A DNA stretch of 22,676 nt from an archaeon (GTDB taxonomy: Archaea > SpSt-1190 > DYHY01), in contig JBBIPP010000012.1 in NCBI GenBank assembly GCA_037442745.1, positions 36,702 through 59,377 on the forward strand, read 5' to 3'. The position numbers and the translations under genes were made by a program. Shown in pieces: positions 8,340-16,138 of this stretch; positions within the stretch are counted from its first letter, which is position 1; every line of letters starts with the position of its first letter. Below the pieces are notes generated by a model that saw only the letters and a list, made by a program, of their open reading frames with translations, searched no databases and was not told where the DNA came from.

Positions 8340-9701
8340 TTAAACGAGCGTTCTTTGGCTCTGCTCTTTGATTATTCTCGGGATGAAATAGTTCAAAACA
8401 TCCCCGTTCGAGCCTCTGAGTTTCGGCTGGTATTTCACCTCATACGTCGATGCGCCCGGTTTCCTTGCGAGTTTTATGCGGACGAACATTTCCATGGCGT
8501 CGGAAACCCAGCGGTTCTGCGGTATTTGCGGAAGGCGCTCTCCGTTCTGAGCGGGGGCGAAGTTGGCCAAGGAGGCCGTGACGGCGCCGAGTTCGACCTC
8601 CACTTCTATTGTCTTCCGTCCTCCCACTTTCCTGACTTTTGGATTTTCCTCTACTTTTATTCTCTTTTCTGTAAGTCGTATTGTCTTGCCAAGATAATTC
8701 TTGTAAATAATCCCGAGGAGTTCGACGCCAATCACTGAGAAGTCATAGGCGCTAAGGGGATGGTAAAGTTCACGTATAATCTCGGCAACCGCCTGAGTCA
8801 TAATTGGCGGTTTCGCAAGGATGGTCCTTGAAAATCTCGCCGTTAAAGTCATTGTTCAGCTGCTTGAAGAGAGCGTTCAACTGCGTTCTTATGTCCCTGT
8901 GCTTGGCTTCTTCCCAAGCGTCAACTATCTCTCTGAGCGTCTTCGCCTCTATTATCTTGCGGTCTTCCAATATTCTGATGAAAACAAGGCTGTCAAGAAG
9001 TTTTTGGACAACATCATTAAGGGCGCGAACGCTCAAATCTGGATTGTTCTTGTAGACATCTTTTGCGAGCTTCTCGCGCTAGGTAGTCATCTGCTCTAAG
9101 AACGCCGAGTCAACGGGAACCCGTAGGCGCCGAGAAGCAGGGTCCTTTGAGCTAAGGGAATCTAACCCGCCGTGGTATACAGTTTCCCGCGAGAACATCA
9201 ACAATTTTTCAAAATCGCTCGATGCGAACCTATCAGAGCTCAGCTCAAACAGAAGGCCGACATTCGGTTGGTTGACGTTCGGTTTGAGCGATGAATCAAA
9301 AACTCTGAACTTTTTAAAATCTGTGAGAACCACAACATTTACTTTGCGTGTGTTCAAGCCGTATCTTTTCGCTTGAAATATGTCATCTGGCTTTTCCACT
9401 CCTTTCGAGGGCGCCTTTGCTTCGACAAAGAACCTGTCCTCGTCATTTACCCTAAATGTATAATCGGGGCGCCCCTTTGTGTCTCCCTTTTCCACAAGAA
9501 CCTCTCTTTGTAGGGGGACAACCTTCCTTTGTTTACGAGGTCCCAGCCGAGTATCTTGAATAGTTCATCCAAAAAATCGGTTCTAAGTTGGCTTTCGAGA
9601 TAACCGTTTGACTCATATTCGGATTGGTGAGCACTATACCTATCAACTAACTCTTGAATCGCTTTCTTGATAGCGTCTGTCTGCGGACTTGTGCCACCCA
9701 C
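8340..9701 (-). pseudogene. Fragmented type IIG (Eco57I/TaqI-like fused R-M) enzyme; MTase core deleted
   Basis: Fragments ESQLRTDFLDELFKILGWD / RPDY...FFVEAKAP...LTDF / QKLLDSLVFIRILEDR...FNGEIF / YDFSVIGVELLGIIY...RKVGG. Two frameshifts plus TAG at 9079-9081. The expected YYTP, DPACGSG and NPPY motifs are absent. Confidence 0.85.
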
Positions 9702-9859
9702 AGGGGTTCGAAGTTCTGCGTTTTTCTATAGCTTTTGAGGAGGATTCAAGCAGAACTTCCTTGACTGACTGCGGAGCACCCGATATTTGATTCTTGACGG
9801 AGAGAACACATCTGGGTGACTTGAATCTAATTAACTAACGTAGTTGTGCGGCAATATTC

Positions 9860-10612
9860 GTGCAAAGCAATATATGTGAAGAATTTATGAATCAAACTAA
9901 TGCCGTGCGATGTTCCAACTCATCTGAAAAACGAGATATACAAATTGAAAGAACCTTATTTGTCAAGACTGTTTTACTATTCTCTGTTCGACATGGCAAC
10001 ATACGAAGAAGATTTTGTGCCTTCCTTTCCTTGGAAAACTCTGAAAAAATCTCTCAGGAAGTCGATAAAATTCTCAAGAAGAATCTCGGAGATTTTTCGA
10101 AACAATATTTGAAGTTAAGTCACGACGATAGAGAACAACAAAGGAAATTGTGGGTGTTTAGCGGAAAAGTCACACACGCCATACTTGAACGCATTCTAAA
10201 AGAAAAAGGTGTTTATGCAAAAAGCAACGCACACTCAGACAGTGAATTAGATGTAATTCTTCTCGAAAAAGGTGTGGAAATAGGTCATATAGAGGTCAAA
10301 CGACTTCTATCGACCAATAACCTCCATAACGGGCTGAGTGAGCACATAGACAAAGTCAAAAGGTGCAAGGGAAGTAAATTCTATTTTCTATGCATCTTTC
10401 CCTTGCTGCCTGCAGACTCTGCCGATAGAGTTAATGATTTGACAATAGGTTATCGTAATATCATAAATGAAGAACACCAACGAATGAAACGCGAAGGTAT
10501 AACATTCCTTTTAGGAATATCTCCTGAAAAGGACTCAGTTAAGCAAATAGGTGAAGCAATTGATTATCTTTGCACCCATATAGCAAAATACCGGAAATTC
10601 AATGGAAAATAA
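9860..10612 (+). CDS. Hypothetical protein, possible PD-(D/E)xK nuclease (true start uncertain, possibly frameshifted)
   Basis: SELDVILL...HIEVKRL fits D...ExK; AT-rich. The alternative N-terminus MATYEEDF... from ATG 9993 joins via the A6 run at 10044-10049. Confidence 0.5.
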   Translation: MQSNICEEFMNQTNAVRCSNSSEKRDIQIERTLFVKTVLLFSVRHGNIRRRFCAFLSLENSEKISQEVDKILKKNLGDFSKQYLKLSHDDREQQRKLWVFSGKVTHAILERILKEKGVYAKSNAHSDSELDVILLEKGVEIGHIEVKRLLSTNNLHNGLSEHIDKVKRCKGSKFYFLCIFPLLPADSADRVNDLTIGYRNIINEEHQRMKREGITFLLGISPEKDSVKQIGEAIDYLCTHIAKYRKFNGK

Positions 10613-10657
10613 TATATTTGAGCGGTATATAATACATTCAGAGGTGTCTGAATTACA

Positions 10658-11167
10658 ATGAATTTGTTTGTTTCAAAAAGTCTTTCAGACAAGGACCGCG
10701 GCTTACTTGAGGTAATAAATAGTTTATCTGAAAGTTCGGTCTATAGTGGCGGAAGAAAAAAGCTAATGAAAGTCGTTTTCCTACTTGAACACCTCAGAGA
10801 CGACCTCGAAACCTTAGTTCCAGAAGAACAATTTAGGAAAAACAGTTTCACCATATTCAACTTTGGTGTTTTCAGCACAGATGTAATGGATTCGTTATCT
10901 AAATTAATAGAATTGGGACTTGTCGAGGAGAAAAAGAAAGACTTTACATATGTTATGAAGATAACTGACAAAGGCCTAAAAAACACCGGAATGTTACAAT
11001 GTAAGGACAAAGAACGTCTTGAAAAAATAGTCAATAAATTCGGAAAAAGGACAGGCAAACAGCTCGAAAACGAAACCTTAGGGATGCTTCATTTGACAAA
11101 AGAATCGAAGCAACAAAGTATGGGTGTTCCTGTGAGTTCAATTATTGTGGGACTCGGCAAGGCTTAA
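10658..11167 (+). CDS. YwgA/DUF4065 (Panacea/SocA-like) winged-helix protein, putative antitoxin
   Basis: GRKKLMKVVFLL...FNFGVFSTDV...LIELGLV...YVMKITDKG resembles the GRxKLQKxxY...YGPxS...GLI...YxLTxxG pattern. Confidence 0.6.
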   Translation: MNLFVSKSLSDKDRGLLEVINSLSESSVYSGGRKKLMKVVFLLEHLRDDLETLVPEEQFRKNSFTIFNFGVFSTDVMDSLSKLIELGLVEEKKKDFTYVMKITDKGLKNTGMLQCKDKERLEKIVNKFGKRTGKQLENETLGMLHLTKESKQQSMGVPVSSIIVGLGKA

Positions 11168-11209
11168 ACGAAGAATCGGCTATAATTAATAGACGGTTCG
11201 GGGCGTTTT

Positions 11210-11647
11210 TTAATTACGTCTCTTTGAAGAAACCGCTATCACTTGACTCGGCACCCTGAACGGCGCCACCGAGACAGACCTTATTAAGAAGGAACCCTTC
11301 CGTTTCAACATTTCAGTCGTAGTCTTGGGGTAGAACATTGCATTATCGTAAATCATTACTTGCTCCTTCACGTGCCTATCTTTCAGGTATCCGACCATAT
11401 CTTCCTGTGACTCGAAAACACCTGTCAGGTCATCAGGGACAAGGCCGTTTCTTGCCTCTTCATGAGTCGCGTTGCAGGTGATATACCAATATGCCCTACT
11501 TTTGTCGTTCTCTTGAAGCAGGTTACACAGGTCTTTCCGGCTCAACAAATCTCCGCCCACAATCTGAACGGGACCTTTCTTCGAATCCAGAACTTTGACA
11601 ACTTTTTCCCACTCGTCACGACTTACAACAACTTTCCCGCTTGCCAT
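11210..11647 (-). CDS. Hypothetical protein
   Basis: Open frame of natural composition (ORF track to 11665; MASGK start at 11647 preferred); no family recognised. Confidence 0.55.
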   Translation of the reverse strand: MASGKVVVSRDEWEKVVKVLDSKKGPVQIVGGDLLSRKDLCNLLQENDKSRAYWYITCNATHEEARNGLVPDDLTGVFESQEDMVGYLKDRHVKEQVMIYDNAMFYPKTTTEMLKRKGSFLIRSVSVAPFRVPSQVIAVSSKRRN

Positions 11648-11889
11648 AATGATAGAATAGTTCACTCTTCGTTTTAGGATTTACGAGACTATTTTGTAGT
11701 GAGGTGACCACCAGTCTCAGCTAACTGAAACTGGTCAACTCAACAAAATAATATTTTGGCATAAACTCCCGGGGTTGGCTGTCTATGCCACAAACACTAC
11801 GAAAGGACGGATTTAATTATTTTTCGTTAATATCGGCAATTTCTACAACCAAAGCAAACAATTAAATTCTTGACGCGGTCGTCTTCTTT

Positions 11890-12180
11890 ATGTCGAAAAA
11901 GCCTTCGCCTGAGGAGGAAGAGTCCTACTTGGCGTGGGCGGTTAGAAAGTTGTGGTTTAGAGGATGTTGGCTGGGAAACAAACATCTTGCTGTCGATAAT
12001 CTTACGCAGGGAATGGCTCATTCACGTTATCCAAAAAGTGTAATTGTCGATATTTGTAGAAAACGAGGTTTAGTTTTGTTTAAACCAGCAAAATACGGAG
12101 AACAATGCTGGCTGAACACAGAAAGAAAGCAGGAAATAAAGGAGCTGATATTGAAGTATTACCCAACTTCAAATATTTGA
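11890..12180 (+). CDS. Small basic winged-helix-like protein (putative toxin of an archaeal TA-like pair)
   Basis: 96 aa; RKLW..GCW..KH...NL..G...GLVLFKP..YG....LN..R..EI resembles a small family I recall next to wHTH genes in DPANN archaea. Confidence 0.55.
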   Translation: MSKKPSPEEEESYLAWAVRKLWFRGCWLGNKHLAVDNLTQGMAHSRYPKSVIVDICRKRGLVLFKPAKYGEQCWLNTERKQEIKELILKYYPTSNI

Positions 12181-12203
12181 ATTTGAACTTCAAATTAGTT
12201 AGG

Positions 12204-12211
12204 TTTATATA
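12204..12211 (+). promoter_or_regulatory. Archaeal TATA box TTTATATA
   Basis: About 23-30 nt upstream of ATG 12234; preceded by palindromes at 12168-12196. Confidence 0.6.
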
Positions 12212-12233
12212 TATAACGGTTCCTTTAATTTTT

Positions 12234-12710
12234 ATGGAAAACGGAAGCCTTTTGCTCGAAGAACTATCTGTCATTGGCAAAAGGAAAGAAATGAGTGTAT
12301 TGGATTACTTGATAGAAAACGACATCTTCGACCACTCAATTGCCAGCATTGCCGCGGACCTGAACGTCTCACCAAACACCGTAAAGAAGGTAGTTGTAGA
12401 ATTCGCTTCCAAGGGAATGGTAGTGGCGACACGGAAAGTAGGAAAAGCTCAACTTTACCAAGTGAACAAGGGGAACTTGTTTGTGAAACTGCTCATGGAC
12501 TTTGCGTTTGCGCTTGGTGAGTCATCCGCATTTGGGACAGAAAAGCCAGCGCTCAAACTCGATGTTCGTTCAGAGATTGAACTACTGTCCGACCATCCAA
12601 AGGTGATTTGGACCGACCCACAAGTAAGAATGCCGCTCCAAACTCCAACGTGCACAAGTTTCCCGTGTCAGAATCACCCAATTTACGAAGGATATGTATC
12701 ACCTGCTTAG
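12234..12710 (+). CDS. Winged helix-turn-helix protein with a ~60-aa C-terminal tail
   Basis: VLDYLIEN.IFDHSIASIAADLNVSPNTV...GMVVATRKVGKAQLYQVN; start ATG 12234 chosen from the TATA position. Confidence 0.75.
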   Translation: MENGSLLLEELSVIGKRKEMSVLDYLIENDIFDHSIASIAADLNVSPNTVKKVVVEFASKGMVVATRKVGKAQLYQVNKGNLFVKLLMDFAFALGESSAFGTEKPALKLDVRSEIELLSDHPKVIWTDPQVRMPLQTPTCTSFPCQNHPIYEGYVSPA

Positions 12711-12724
12711 TTAGGAGAAGAAAG

Positions 12725-13030
12725 ATGGCAAAGAAACAAGAATCGAAGCCGAGAGTCATGAGGGCACCTTTGTTTTTCAAACAATACGTAACTAACGTAA
12801 TAGGCGGCGTTACCGACCACGATTTCCGGTTGGAGGTCTTAAATGAAAAGTTCCAAGACGGAAAAAGCTGGGTATATGTTTCGGATGGGGTGTTGATTCT
12901 CTCCCCGATAGGCGCGAAGAGAATGTTTGTGAAACTCAAAGAGATGATTGATGCCTACGAAAAAGAAAAAGGTCCGATAGACATTGGCCCCGGGAAGAAA
13001 GAAAAGGGCTATCCACCGAACGTAGAGTAG
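12725..13030 (+). CDS. DUF3467-like protein
   Basis: YVTNV...TDHDFRLE...LILSPIGAKRM...L...IDAYEKEKGPI; AGGAGA upstream of ATG 12725. Confidence 0.7.
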   Translation: MAKKQESKPRVMRAPLFFKQYVTNVIGGVTDHDFRLEVLNEKFQDGKSWVYVSDGVLILSPIGAKRMFVKLKEMIDAYEKEKGPIDIGPGKKEKGYPPNVE

Positions 13031-13105
13031 ATACTTGCGAGATTGGTAGCGGTTAAGCGCCATTTAGCCGGAAATAGTTATTAAGCGCCCTTAGACTATA
13101 ATCCG

Positions 13106-14140
13106 ATGCCTTCAGCAATCTTCATAGATGGAAAAAAGTTCATTCAAAAGACATTCAAAGACGAAGAGCAGTTCGAACAAGTTATCAAGAGTAATTCTAA
13201 ACTCTTTTTCGGTCAAAGCACAATCTACATTGACTTGAAGAGCAAAATAGATGCACGAACACTCGGGGGAACAATCCCCGACGGCTTTCTCTTCGATTTC
13301 AAAGACAAGGAAAATCCAGAGTTTTACATAATAGAAGTAGAACTTGCTCGTCACGATTTCTTTGGGCACGTATTTCCGCAGATAACCAAGTTTTTCTCTT
13401 TCTTTAGGCGACCGGAAAGCCGAAACAAGTTGGCAGAAACTCTCTTTAGGGTCATACAGTCAGATTCAAAATTAAATCAAGAGTTCAAGAAGGCACTTGA
13501 AGGCAAAGAGCTCTACAAGGCGGTAAAAGATGCAATAGACGAAAGTCAGAACATTCTCTTGATTATTGATGAATATAAAAAAGAACTCGACGACATTTTC
13601 GGGACATACACAGATACTTGGGACAAACTCGTCACTTTGGAAATAATTAGACAATACGTTTCAGAGAGCAGGTCACTGTTCGTTGTTGAGCCAGACTTTG
13701 AGGACATAGGTATGATTGACCTCGAACTTCAAAAAGGTGAAGAGACGGCCTATACTGAACAATTCCATACCGAAGGCGTTATCCCCGAGGTTATTTCAGC
13801 GTATGAAACAATTAAGAAAGAACTCTTAGGATTCGACCAAGGAGTCAAAGTTAACCCTCAGAAATACTACATTTCTCTGAGGAAAACGAGGAACTTTGCA
13901 TTCATTAAAATAAGAAAGAAAAAACTGCGTGTCGTCATAATGCTACCCTTGGACACGGGAAAGGAGGTAATCAAAGCCCACGAACTGATTCCTCTACCCC
14001 AAGCAGTCCAGAATTGGTATAACGGTCCTTGTTTTAGAGTAGATATTGCGGATTCTAAAGAATTAGGTGAGATAGTGACTGCTTTGAAGGAAGCGCACAA
14101 ACGAAGCACTCAATCGAACGAAGCGCAGAACCTACCATAA
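13106..14140 (+). CDS. NucS-like PD-(D/E)xK nuclease fused to a C-terminal DUF5655-like domain
   Basis: E..FE...IPDGFLFD...FYIIEVEL at the N-terminus; YTEQFH...YETIKKELL...VKVNPQKYYISLRKTRNFAFI at the C-terminus. Confidence 0.7.
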   Translation: MPSAIFIDGKKFIQKTFKDEEQFEQVIKSNSKLFFGQSTIYIDLKSKIDARTLGGTIPDGFLFDFKDKENPEFYIIEVELARHDFFGHVFPQITKFFSFFRRPESRNKLAETLFRVIQSDSKLNQEFKKALEGKELYKAVKDAIDESQNILLIIDEYKKELDDIFGTYTDTWDKLVTLEIIRQYVSESRSLFVVEPDFEDIGMIDLELQKGEETAYTEQFHTEGVIPEVISAYETIKKELLGFDQGVKVNPQKYYISLRKTRNFAFIKIRKKKLRVVIMLPLDTGKEVIKAHELIPLPQAVQNWYNGPCFRVDIADSKELGEIVTALKEAHKRSTQSNEAQNLP

Positions 14141-14247
14141 CTTCCGAGTGTGACTTTATTCTATTTACCGGAAAGGGCCTGTGTTTGTGGTTGATTTTGC
14201 CGTATTATCGTGCAAAATTTAAATTCCGTGACGATTTCTCGTAACGT

Positions 14248-14634
14248 ATGAGATTAATTGTAAACAGCCGGGGGCTTGTAGATTTTGAAGCCCCAATTAC
14301 GATGAATGAAGAACAGAGGAAAAAACTCATTGCCTTCTTCAAAGCCAGATTCCCAGAAACAGAAGTAATAGACGTTGCGGAAGTGAGGCGCTATGCCGGG
14401 GAACGCGAACGCACTTTGAAAAGCTGGTCTCCGAAAGAGTTTGCGTTAATACTTTCATCGAAGACAAACGACGAAATAGCCCAAATAACGAACCGAACTG
14501 AAATGAGCGTCCGGATGAAGCGCGGAGATTTCTTTCCGGCGTTTTTGAACTGGATGCGCAAAAAGGGGCTTTCTTACGTTCCCGACAAGAATTACGAAGA
14601 TTTGATAGCCACATATCTCAAGGAGGTAGCGTAA
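14248..14634 (+). CDS. Hypothetical protein with a Myb/SANT-like HTH; paralogue of the next gene
   Basis: WSPKE...EIAQITNRTEMSVRMKR Myb-like pattern. Confidence 0.65.
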   Translation: MRLIVNSRGLVDFEAPITMNEEQRKKLIAFFKARFPETEVIDVAEVRRYAGERERTLKSWSPKEFALILSSKTNDEIAQITNRTEMSVRMKRGDFFPAFLNWMRKKGLSYVPDKNYEDLIATYLKEVA

Positions 14635-14635
14635 G

Positions 14636-15217
14636 ATGGTCACAATAATGATAGGGGACCGCCAAAACGTTGATTTTGATGCGCCTGTTGAGCTCACACC
14701 CCAGCAAAAAGAAGAGTTTGTCTCTCTTTTGAAGAGTATTTTTGATGTTGTTGAGGAGGTAACTTCTGACGAAGTTCGACTTGACCGACTCGGAGACAAG
14801 AACTTTTCCAAAGGATTGTCCGAATCAGAGCTTGAGTCTCTGCTATCTGATAGCACAACTGAAGAACTGACCCAGAAACTCGGAAGGTCGTGGATGAGTG
14901 TTGATATCAAACGAGGGTGGTTTGTTCAATATTTTCTGGAATGGCTCGGTAAAAAGAAGCTCACAATGACCAAACAGAACCTTCGCTCACTTGTTTCACA
15001 GTTTTTGAAGGAACGCGAGGAAGCACAAAAGAGCGCGCGAGAAGTCCGGCGCCAGCAAAGACTAAACAAACGAGAGAAAATAGAAGATTTGGAAGCAAAG
15101 GTCAAACAGCTTAGAAAACTGATTTCTGCGGGATTCCATAAGAAGAACAAACAGTATGAGAACGCTGAGACTGACCTTTCTGACGCGCTCAAAGAACTGA
15201 AAATGGAGGAAGAGTAG
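14636..15217 (+). CDS. Hypothetical protein, paralogue of 14248-14634 plus a C-terminal coiled coil
   Basis: Shares VDF(E/D)AP, EVR, MSVxxKRGxF...FLxW..KK; AGGAGG at 14621-14626; charged helical tail. Confidence 0.7.
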   Translation: MVTIMIGDRQNVDFDAPVELTPQQKEEFVSLLKSIFDVVEEVTSDEVRLDRLGDKNFSKGLSESELESLLSDSTTEELTQKLGRSWMSVDIKRGWFVQYFLEWLGKKKLTMTKQNLRSLVSQFLKEREEAQKSAREVRRQQRLNKREKIEDLEAKVKQLRKLISAGFHKKNKQYENAETDLSDALKELKMEEE

Positions 15218-15218
15218 T

Positions 15219-15373
15219 TTTCCGCTATTTCTCGGAACGAAATGCAATTTTCCCGACTTTCGTCCCCTTTCCACGTACCGTCCCGCTGGGTCCCAGCTTG
15301 CTTGGTTCGGCTGGTTTTTCGGTCCGATCCGCGAGCCCGGTTTAAGAAAACTTAAACCTCTTAGTAGTTTAAG
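15219..15373 (-). repeat. Right composite inverted repeat
   Basis: Reverse-complement counterpart of 5541-5720; includes CTTAAAC-N9-GTTTAAG (15351-15373) and GCTGGG-T-CCCAGC (15285-15297). Confidence 0.85.
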
Positions 15374-15554
15374 AAAAGTTTAAATCTTCCAGATGCATAG
15401 GAACCCCAAGGAAATCAAGATAGGGCGCAAATGTATGCGCTTTTGATTTAATTGACGCTTGGGGCGCTTGCTTCACACCAATAGTTCGTCTCAGTACCTT
15501 AATGCGGGGCAATCTTATAACCAAACTGCCCATCCAACCAAAGCAAGATGGCAA

Positions 15555-15882
15555 GTGCCACTAAAAAAATTTCGAAAGAACCCAGGATTCAAACAAAATA
15601 TTCTCATTGCGTTGTGAATTCTGGCCCTATTGTCTCTGCTAGGATATGCTGAATATAGGAGCGGCGTCCTCCTGCCGGTTGTAGTGAAAGATAAACAAAA
15701 GCAATCAGTTCTTGCAAACTAGCTGGTAATAATGACCACTAGTCAAAATTGAACAAGTTGTCGGAGGATTGGGCGGAATAGTGACTGTCTCCGTCCTAGA
15801 AACAGGCACATATCAGGTGAAATTTCCAGTATCTAACCTAAAGGACCTTGACACGATTGCGCAGGAGATCTGGAAAAAATGA
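15555..15882 (+). pseudogene. Remnant of a membrane-anchored protein gene
   Basis: GTG 15555 reads PLKKFRKNPGFKQNILIAL*ILALLSLLGY...VLAN*LVIM; after a frameshift KIEQVVGGLGGIVTVSVLETGTYQVKFP...WKK*. Confidence 0.35.
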
Positions 15883-15925
15883 GTTTCAGTTTCCCCCGCA
15901 TATGTTGTTGCGCGTGCCCCCCGGC

Positions 15926-16111
15926 TCACCGCAATAGCCCTGTCCGGAGAAAGCTTTTCATTCCCCATTTGGCAACAATGAAGAACTCGTTCTCAAGGCT
16001 CACTTTTTTTCAAGTCAGAGATCTTCCATTACAGACAAGCCTGCCGTCCTTTATCCAGTAGCTTGTGCATATTTTCTCGGCAACCAAGAAATAATTTGAC
16101 ATTTCAGACAT
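15926..16111 (-). pseudogene. Possible C-terminal remnant of an ABC transporter ATPase
   Basis: MSNYFLVAEKICTSYWIKDGRLVCNG...SLENEFF resembles the post-H-loop end of ABC-2 ATPases; internal TGA at 16010-16012. Confidence 0.3.
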
Positions 16112-16138
16112 TCTCAGGGCTCACTCCTTTCCCTAAGC

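Larger units (their letters stand above)
4164..15475. mobile_element. tRNA-Cys-anchored integrative defence island (right boundary uncertain)
   Basis: Integrase directly 3' of the tRNA; cargo of R-M, nuclease and TA-like genes; terminal inverted composite repeats; weak tRNA 3'-end echo at 15462-15475. Confidence 0.65.

Noticed and set aside
6503-9081. TAG recoding (pyrrolysine or alternative code) to explain the in-frame ambers
   Set aside because: The ambers fall at positions expecting different residues (E/Q, probably K, W), co-occur with frameshifts, and TAG ends intact genes (12710, 13030, 15217).
12105-12233. N-terminal extensions of ORFs 12105 and 12608
   Set aside because: They overlap upstream genes; TATA and SD positions support starts at 12234 and 12725.
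4235-15373. Classical integron
   Set aside because: The integrase shows no recognisable IntI-specific insertion, there is no repeated attC between successive genes, and cargo genes lie on both strands.
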